NCBI GenBank assembly: GCA_965206745.1
Contig: OZ242220.1
Coordinates: 960,001 to 1,024,000, forward strand
From: Nitrosopumilus sp.
GTDB lineage: Archaea > Thermoproteota > Nitrososphaeria > Nitrososphaerales > Nitrosopumilaceae
DNA length: 64,000 nucleotides
Reading direction: 5' to 3'
Both the position numbers and the translations under genes were made by a program. Positions 57,559 through 64,000 of the stretch are shown here, piece by piece. Every line of letters begins with the position of its first letter. The stretch's first letter is position 1. The notes under the pieces are model-generated. The model was not told the DNA's origin and made no database searches. It saw only the letters and a list, made by a program, of their open reading frames with translations.

Positions 57559-57955
57559 AACCGCGGATTTTTTTGGCGAGCTCTAAAAGTTCTTGCTCAC
57601 TTGAAATCTGACGTTTAGTCCAGACGGTTCCCTTGCTATTGTATCTTGGAATAATATGAATATGAACATGTGGAATGATTTGTTTTGCGGCCCTGCCGTT
57701 GTTTTGCCCCAGACTGAATGCATCTGCCCCTGTAGCATCTAAAATCGCCTTTGCAATTTTTGGAACTAGTGAAAATACCTTTCCAACATTTTCTGAAGTC
57801 ATATCGGTGATTCTTTCATGATGTTTTCTTGGAATTACCAAGCTGTGGCCAACATCAATAGGATACTTGTCTAAAAATGCAATATGTGATTCATCCTCAT
57901 ACAAGAGATGCCCATCCCTTGTGCCATCTAAAATTTCACAGAAAATACACCCCAT
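57551..57955 (-). CDS. HIT family hydrolase
   Basis: CIFC, HSLVIP, HVHIHIIPR. Confidence 0.95.
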   Translation of the reverse strand: MGCIFCEILDGTRDGHLLYEDESHIAFLDKYPIDVGHSLVIPRKHHERITDMTSENVGKVFSLVPKIAKAILDATGADAFSLGQNNGRAAKQIIPHVHIHIIPRYNSKGTVWTKRQISSEQELLELAKKIRGFI

Positions 57956-58314
57956 AGAAAACAGTGTTTTATGATTTTATTTATTGTTTTTATTCAATGT
58001 GAAATGAAATACAAGCAGGCCACACATAGGTTATCTGCAGAAAGTAAATCTCAAGGGTCTAGACTTTTTCTTGACCACAATGCATGCATCTTTTTGAGGA
58101 TAGTATCTTAAACCACACAAAATCATGAATGAAACCGTCCTTGCAACTCACATGAACCATAACAAGGACACCATTACAAAGAGTCTAGTCAAAAACTGTA
58201 TCGATCAGCATTAATTTTTACAGGTTTTCAAAATAAGAGACATCCTAAAACACGATTTAAGAGTCCACAGTTACGAATGGTTAATTAGGGCATATTTTAG
58301 AGTCAAATTATCTC

Positions 58315-58908
58315 ATGGGCCGAAAAGAGAGAAAAGAACGCGAAGTAAAACGTGAAAATTACGCCACAAAGCATTCTGCTGCAAAGAGAAAAGAGACACT
58401 GATTGCAGTCGGAGTACTGGCAGTAATTGCAATAATTGTCGGATATGCAGTATACGTGTTCATAGACCTGCCATCTGCACCGGGAGGTCCAGAGAATGCA
58501 GGAGATATAAGAAGTGCACATGATCATGCGGCAATTTTGGTAAAGATTTTTGGAGACACGTTTGACTTTTCCAGTCCGACATATCAGATAAAATCGCCTT
58601 GGATTCATTTTGAAGGAAGTGATGGGACCACAATCCACAAGCACGCAACAGGCGTAACTTTGGGATATCTCTTTGAGACTCTAGGGGTAGGTCTTGATGA
58701 CAAATGCTATACATTCCCAGACGGAAAAGACTTTTGCTCAGACGGATCAAATGTATTAAAATTCTTCATCAACAGGGAGCAGGTATCAGACATCAGGGAT
58801 TATGAGGTTATGGAGGATGACAGGGTATTGGTTCTGTTTGGCAGTGAAACTCCTGAAGAAATTGAAGCATATCTGTTACAACTAGACGCTCAGGAATTAG
58901 TCAAATAG
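58315..58908 (+). CDS. Membrane-anchored hypothetical protein (His-rich motifs)
   Basis: TM helix; HDHA, WIHFE, IHKH motifs. Confidence 0.8.
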   Translation: MGRKERKEREVKRENYATKHSAAKRKETLIAVGVLAVIAIIVGYAVYVFIDLPSAPGGPENAGDIRSAHDHAAILVKIFGDTFDFSSPTYQIKSPWIHFEGSDGTTIHKHATGVTLGYLFETLGVGLDDKCYTFPDGKDFCSDGSNVLKFFINREQVSDIRDYEVMEDDRVLVLFGSETPEEIEAYLLQLDAQELVK

Positions 58909-58939
58909 AATTTTAAAGATTATACCCTAGTAAACAATA

Positions 58940-59551
58940 ATGTATTTTGTTGCATGATTCTGCCTGTATCATCTTTTAGATCTCTTATTTAATAAAATTA
59001 AATCTAAAGGGCATCAAATAATTCATGTCTGTGTAAGCAAAAATTAGAATGATTGCAACAATAAACTCTGCAAACGAAGGTTACTTTCGCATCAATGTTG
59101 ACCTCATAGATGGATTCAAAAAGGAATTAAAAAGGATGAACAAGAAAAACCAAGAGGACAGTATCCAGACGAGATAATTATGATTCTTGCATATATCCAT
59201 CTCTACTATACATTGCCATACAGACATCGGGTCTGACAGAAACCTTGTTTGATGATAAAATCAAGGTTCCCTCATACAGTACTATATGAAAAATAAACAA
59301 GTTACAATGTGACTTGACCCAGAGCAAATATGCACATGGCAACATCACCATTGCAATTGACAGTACGGGAATAAAGGTAGCAGTCAGGGATGATTCGATA
59401 ATATACAAGCACAGCAGCATGAGATGAAACTCAAGGTCGCCGTACAACAACAGGACGGTACTGGTACGATTTCAGAGAGTGTGGTTTGGACTAGATTGTG
59501 CAGGGAGGCAAATAATCATCTGAATTCAGTGAGTCATGTAGCAAAGCACAT
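58940..59551 (+). mobile_element. Decayed, internally deleted IS5-family (IS903-like) element
   Basis: Broken transposase fragments ELKRMNKK, YPDEII, LPYR, PSYSTI*, IAIDSTGIKV (59350-59379); TIRs 58940-58960 and 59531-59551 match 16/21. Confidence 0.8.
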
Positions 59552-59595
59552 GAAATCATAATTTTTAATGTCAAATTTGTCACATATTGATTTTG

Positions 59596-59619
59596 TTATA
59601 TAACAAATTTGTTATATAA
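59596..59619. repeat. Perfect 24-bp palindrome
   Basis: TTATATAACAAATTTGTTATATAA. Confidence 0.9.
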
Positions 59620-59852
59620 AATAGCATAAACAACAAACAGGATCATGCTAGAACATCAGGATTACTTTTGAGAATTCATCTACCTACAAGTAGGACAGAG
59701 ATACGAATATCTTATACATTACAACAAATACAGAAACATCGTCGATTGTCATCGGATTCTTTAGAGCCACCTCTCAGTAGCATATTGGATAAATGACGTT
59801 ATAGTAAATCTCCTCAAACTCTAATATTATGGCAATCTAAATTTGACATGTC

Positions 59853-61526
59853 ATGGAAATATCTAGCAAGAACGTTGTAGGGGGTACAGCACGTGCCCCA
59901 CACAGGGCAATGTACAAAGCTATGGGGCTAGATGACAATGATCTGAATAAGCCATTCATAGGAGTATGCCATACGGGAAATGAGGCAACTCCGTGCAACA
60001 TACTGTTACCAACACTAGCTGAAGAGGCAAAAAGAGGAGTTGCGCAAAACGGTGCGACCCCGAGAATATTCTCAACTATTGCAGTAAGTGACGGAATTGC
60101 AATGGGACATGAAGGAATGAAATCTTCGCTGATATCCCGTGAAGTCATAGCCGATTCCATTGAATTGATGGTAAGGGCTCACCAGTATGACGGAATTGTA
60201 GGAATCGCAGGGTGTGATAAGAGCCTTCCCGGAACAATGATGGCAATGGCTCGATTAAACCTACCATCAGTCTTTGTTTATGGCGGAACCATCATGCCCG
60301 GAATTCTTGATGGAAAAGAACTGACAGTTGTGGATGTTTATGAGGCAGTGGGGGCATACGATGCAGGGCAAATCTCCTTGGAGATGTTAAAAAATATTGA
60401 AAATACGGCGTGTCCCAGTTCAGGATCATGCGGAGGCATGTTTACTGCAAATACAATGGCATCAATTTCAGAGGCCATAGGATTGGCGTTGCCAGGAAGT
60501 GCCAGTCCTCCTGCAGAAGATGACCGTCGAAACAAAATGGTGTATGATACAGGTGCTGCATGTGCAAAATTATTGGAGTTGAGCATCAAACCAAGAGACA
60601 TTATGACGTATGAGGCATTTGAGAATTCAATCGTAATGCTTAATGCAGTTGGCGGTTCTACAAACGGAATTTTGCATCTGTTATCAATGGCCAGCGAGGC
60701 CAGAGTCAAACTGACATATGATGATTTTGAAAAGATTCGCAAAAAGACACCACACATTGCAGACATGAAACCAGGTGGAAGTTACGTTATGAACAGTCTT
60801 GATAAAATTGGAGGAATTCCTTTTGTTCTCAAAAAATTAGCAGCCAAAGGGTTGTTAAACGAGAATTGTATCACCGTGACTGGAAAAACCATGCGACAGA
60901 ATCTTGATTCGATGAGCATTCCAGAACCTGAACAGACAATTATCAGGCCAATTGAAAACCCACTTCATACAGTTGGAACCGCAGTAATACTCAAAGGAAG
61001 TCTTGCTCCCGAAGGGGCCGTAATCAAGACGGCAGGAGTGGAGATGACAAAGTTTACCGGCAAAGCCCGAGTATACAACAGAGAAGAGCATGCCTTTGAT
61101 GCAGTTGCCAAGGGTGATGTGGAAGAGGGTGACGTTGTAGTTATCAGATATGAAGGTCCAAAGGGAGGACCAGGCATGAGGGAAATGCTTGCAACAACTG
61201 CAGCATTGGTAGGACAAGGTTTGGGCAAAAAAGTAGCAATGGTTACAGATGGAAGATTTTCAGGAGGCACCAGGGGGTTCATGGTAGGCCACGTTGCACC
61301 AGAAGCATATGTTGGAGGTCCTATTGCACTAGTCAAAGATGGCGATGGGATTACAATTGACACTGAAACCACGGTTATTGACATTCATGTCTCAGAAGAA
61401 GAGTTGGCAAAAAGGAGGGAATCATGGAGAAGGCCTGATCCAAATTACACATCAGGGGCATTGGCAAAATATGCAACGCTTGTAGGCTCAGCCGCACAAG
61501 GTGCAATCACCTCTGCAAACCCGTAG
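59853..61526 (+). CDS. ilvD: Dihydroxy-acid dehydratase
   Basis: [38 protein letters not shown]. Confidence 0.97.
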   Translation: MEISSKNVVGGTARAPHRAMYKAMGLDDNDLNKPFIGVCHTGNEATPCNILLPTLAEEAKRGVAQNGATPRIFSTIAVSDGIAMGHEGMKSSLISREVIADSIELMVRAHQYDGIVGIAGCDKSLPGTMMAMARLNLPSVFVYGGTIMPGILDGKELTVVDVYEAVGAYDAGQISLEMLKNIENTACPSSGSCGGMFTANTMASISEAIGLALPGSASPPAEDDRRNKMVYDTGAACAKLLELSIKPRDIMTYEAFENSIVMLNAVGGSTNGILHLLSMASEARVKLTYDDFEKIRKKTPHIADMKPGGSYVMNSLDKIGGIPFVLKKLAAKGLLNENCITVTGKTMRQNLDSMSIPEPEQTIIRPIENPLHTVGTAVILKGSLAPEGAVIKTAGVEMTKFTGKARVYNREEHAFDAVAKGDVEEGDVVVIRYEGPKGGPGMREMLATTAALVGQGLGKKVAMVTDGRFSGGTRGFMVGHVAPEAYVGGPIALVKDGDGITIDTETTVIDIHVSEEELAKRRESWRRPDPNYTSGALAKYATLVGSAAQGAITSANP

Positions 61527-61694
61527 GATGAACAATTCATCCACAAGCTTTATAGATCGCAATACAAGTTAACCATCAGAGATAACAGAAAAAATAACAT
61601 TATGCTTATCATATTGCTGTTGTCTACTACAGGTTAATCTCTCAACAGCATACCCAAAGATTAAACCAGAGTTTAAAATTATCAATATACACTC

Positions 61695-61904
61695 ATGAAT
61701 ATCTACTCTAGCAAATTTGCGATAATTGTCATAATAATACTGGTAGGCATTCTCGCATTGCAGATGGTGACTAATAGCAATAATGCCCAACAATTAATCG
61801 ACTTGGAAACTTGTGAGATATACACCATGGATCCTGCCAATACCAAAAAATATCTAAATGAATTTGATGCAAAATGCCTTGATTTTAAAAGCCTAAACAC
61901 CTAG
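61695..61904 (+). CDS. Small membrane-anchored hypothetical protein
   Basis: N-terminal TM helix, two Cys. Confidence 0.7.
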   Translation: MNIYSSKFAIIVIIILVGILALQMVTNSNNAQQLIDLETCEIYTMDPANTKKYLNEFDAKCLDFKSLNT

Positions 61905-61939
61905 AAAATCAATTAATAAAACAAAGACTGTGAAAATAC

Positions 61940-62137
61940 ATGGAAGATCCGTCTGAAATAAACTCTGTATTTTGGAATGAGGCAAAAAAATCATGGGATT
62001 ATAAAATGATCAAGGTTGATGAGTATTTTGGATTCAACGAATGCCAACAGTGCCGAAAACCAATGTCGCATAATGTAAAAACAGGAGGAGAGTTCAAGAT
62101 GGTTTATGTAAAATGTGGCTGTGCAGAAAGAGAGTGA
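61940..62137 (+). CDS. Small Cys-containing hypothetical protein
   Basis: CQQC...CGC. Confidence 0.75.
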   Translation: MEDPSEINSVFWNEAKKSWDYKMIKVDEYFGFNECQQCRKPMSHNVKTGGEFKMVYVKCGCAERE

Positions 62138-62141
62138 TTCT

Positions 62142-63821
62142 TTAAATCTCATCGATTCCCAAAACATCATAGTATGCCTTTGGAATCATCTGCTGTCCCT
62201 TGAAGAGGACATTGTTCACTGCCGTATCCAAGACATATGTTTTTGCCCAATCATCATCGCTTCTAATTGAACGGCCAAACCCCTGTAGGATTTTGGTGAG
62301 GGTTTGAGAAGTGTACCATGAGGGAAATCTGTTCATCTTGGCCTTTGTCCTCTTTTCAGTGTAATTCGGGTATGGAACTTTGGCAATTATTTGGAATCTG
62401 GACAGATCGTCTTTCAAATCAACTCCTTCCCAAAGAGAGGAGGAAAGCAAAACCCCAGTCGGATCAGTTGCATGCTCTGAAATTACCTCATCTTGAGTTT
62501 TTCCATCCTTATTTCTACTATGACACAGCCTAACTCTTTGAGTATTTTTTGGAGAAAGATGGCCAATGATTTTTTGGCATCTTGGAATTGACGAGGTCAG
62601 AATTAACCCGCGTTGGTTTGAGTGCTCATCTAGTATCCTGTCAATTGCCCTGATAACCTCCAGTTCGTCTTCATCAGTGGAACCGTAACTCAGCCTTCTG
62701 ATGTTGAGAAGATCTATGCTCCTGTGCTCAATTGGGAAGGGGGATTTTATCGTATCGACAAATGCGACATCATCTTGCTGCAATCCCATGTTTTCACAGA
62801 AACTTAATTTGTCGATAGTTGCAGACATGAACAACTGGTACTCTGTCTCAAAAAAAGAGTTGGCAAATTTTGAAACATCAATGGGCTTGACTGAAATCGT
62901 TCTAAAATTCCCATTAAAGTCTTTGAGGGGGGCATTTACGACAAAATTATCCTTATCGGACATGATGTCTATTTTTGCCTGTGCGGCCCTATCGTAACGT
63001 CGCTCCAGTCCTGATATCAGTTCATAGTCAGGGTTGCTTTGAAAGGCAGTACTTTCTTTGGTGTCCTTGATTTTTTTAGCATAAGAATGGGCCATATCCT
63101 CAGTCAGCTTTATCACAGAATCCAAATCTGCAAAATCGTATTTTTCAGAATTGAGGTGGCACTCATCTACCTGTCCTGCAAAAATATCCAATCCGACAAA
63201 CTGGATTATTTGATCTTCGATCTTGTGGGCCTCATCAAAGACGGTTATTTTTCTATCCAGATAGCCCTCAAAGAGTTTTTTGTTAAATTTCATAATTGTA
63301 AAAAACGCATGGTAATTCCAAAGGGAATGCTTTGAAACCAAGGCATCGTACTTTTGCATGTAATAATGGCAAGATTCAGAGTCAGCGGTATTCTCTTCGA
63401 CCTGTTTTAGGGTGGGCTTGAATTTGCAGATCTCAAAGACTTCCTTGCCGTTTTTTGAGATCCTTTCTTGACATACACCCTTGTCACATGTCAGACCCCA
63501 CCTCATGGCCTTTCTGTCATTGTCAACTTTTTCAGATCCCATTAGTTTGAGACATGGAAAATTTTGCTTGCCCTTTACAGGTTTCAGAAATGGAATATCT
63601 TTGATGTACTGATCTTGAAGATGCTTTGATGCTGTAACGGTAAAAGAACTATCAAAATAATTTGAAATAGTGGCCCCTACAAGAGACTTTCCAACCCCAG
63701 TTGGGGCGCATAATATGATTTTCTTGAATCCTGATTTTATTTTCTCGTCTATCTGAGAGATGATCTCCTTTTGAATTTTCCTAGGAGTAAAGTGATCTGG
63801 GAATTTTTCTAATAAAGACAG
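62142..63821 (-). CDS. DinG/Rad3(XPD)-family SF2 helicase
   Basis: In-frame upstream extension contains the Q motif (PRKIQ) and Walker A (APTGVGKS); also DEAH, EGVD, QGFGRSIR; probable CTG start. Confidence 0.88.
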   Translation of the reverse strand: MSLLEKFPDHFTPRKIQKEIISQIDEKIKSGFKKIILCAPTGVGKSLVGATISNYFDSSFTVTASKHLQDQYIKDIPFLKPVKGKQNFPCLKLMGSEKVDNDRKAMRWGLTCDKGVCQERISKNGKEVFEICKFKPTLKQVEENTADSESCHYYMQKYDALVSKHSLWNYHAFFTIMKFNKKLFEGYLDRKITVFDEAHKIEDQIIQFVGLDIFAGQVDECHLNSEKYDFADLDSVIKLTEDMAHSYAKKIKDTKESTAFQSNPDYELISGLERRYDRAAQAKIDIMSDKDNFVVNAPLKDFNGNFRTISVKPIDVSKFANSFFETEYQLFMSATIDKLSFCENMGLQQDDVAFVDTIKSPFPIEHRSIDLLNIRRLSYGSTDEDELEVIRAIDRILDEHSNQRGLILTSSIPRCQKIIGHLSPKNTQRVRLCHSRNKDGKTQDEVISEHATDPTGVLLSSSLWEGVDLKDDLSRFQIIAKVPYPNYTEKRTKAKMNRFPSWYTSQTLTKILQGFGRSIRSDDDWAKTYVLDTAVNNVLFKGQQMIPKAYYDVLGIDEI

Positions 63822-63921
63822 GATTACATCTTCTTTTATTCAATATTAAAAGCATGAGGGTTATTGGAATATGGTGTTGTTTTGTAACTTAGTTTAATAT
63901 CTAGTACCATTACGTTAGATC

Positions 63922-64000
63922 ATGGAATTGATAGATGATAAAATGAGGGTCTGGACCGATAGTGCCCAATATGTAAAACAGAGCGCAGGGGTATACATCC
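63922..64000 (+). CDS. 5' part of a hypothetical protein (GIY-YIG-like GVY motif), partial
   Basis: MELIDDKMRVWTDSAQYVKQSAGVYI runs off the window. Confidence 0.55.
   Translation, partial: MELIDDKMRVWTDSAQYVKQSAGVYI

Overview
The window is from the chromosome of an ammonia-oxidising archaeon (Thaumarchaeota, Nitrosopumilaceae-like). Evidence: aRF1, Hjc, gatCAB with a non-discriminating AspRS, a PurP-family ligase, a Nitrosopumilus-type 1721-aa S-layer protein, and TTTAAATA-type TATA boxes. Most of it is housekeeping: thrC, ilvA, ilvD, purK/purE/purP, thiolase plus DUF35, acyl-CoA synthetase, phnDCE, cbtAB, PduO, DsbA, HIT, a DinG/Rad3 helicase and tRNA-Phe. Accessory elements are: (1) a secreted MORN-variant repeat protein beside tRNA-Phe, with a Tyr-heptad coiled coil, a 24-bp VNTR stalk and a 206-aa internal duplication whose copies differ almost only non-synonymously; (2) a ~7.6 kb island of two paralogous HYR/Ig-like surface-protein genes, both frameshifted, flanked by an imperfect direct repeat; (3) an AT-rich orphan YwgA/Panacea/DarG-C-like gene; (4) a decayed IS5-family element with recognisable TIRs. 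Signals absent from the ORF track include several tiny Cys-rich ORFs, a candidate operator shared by phnDCE and a tandem wHTH regulator pair, near-identical cbtB copies flanking a regulator with a palindromic operator, and a probable CTG start for the helicase. All family calls are by motif recognition; no searches were run.
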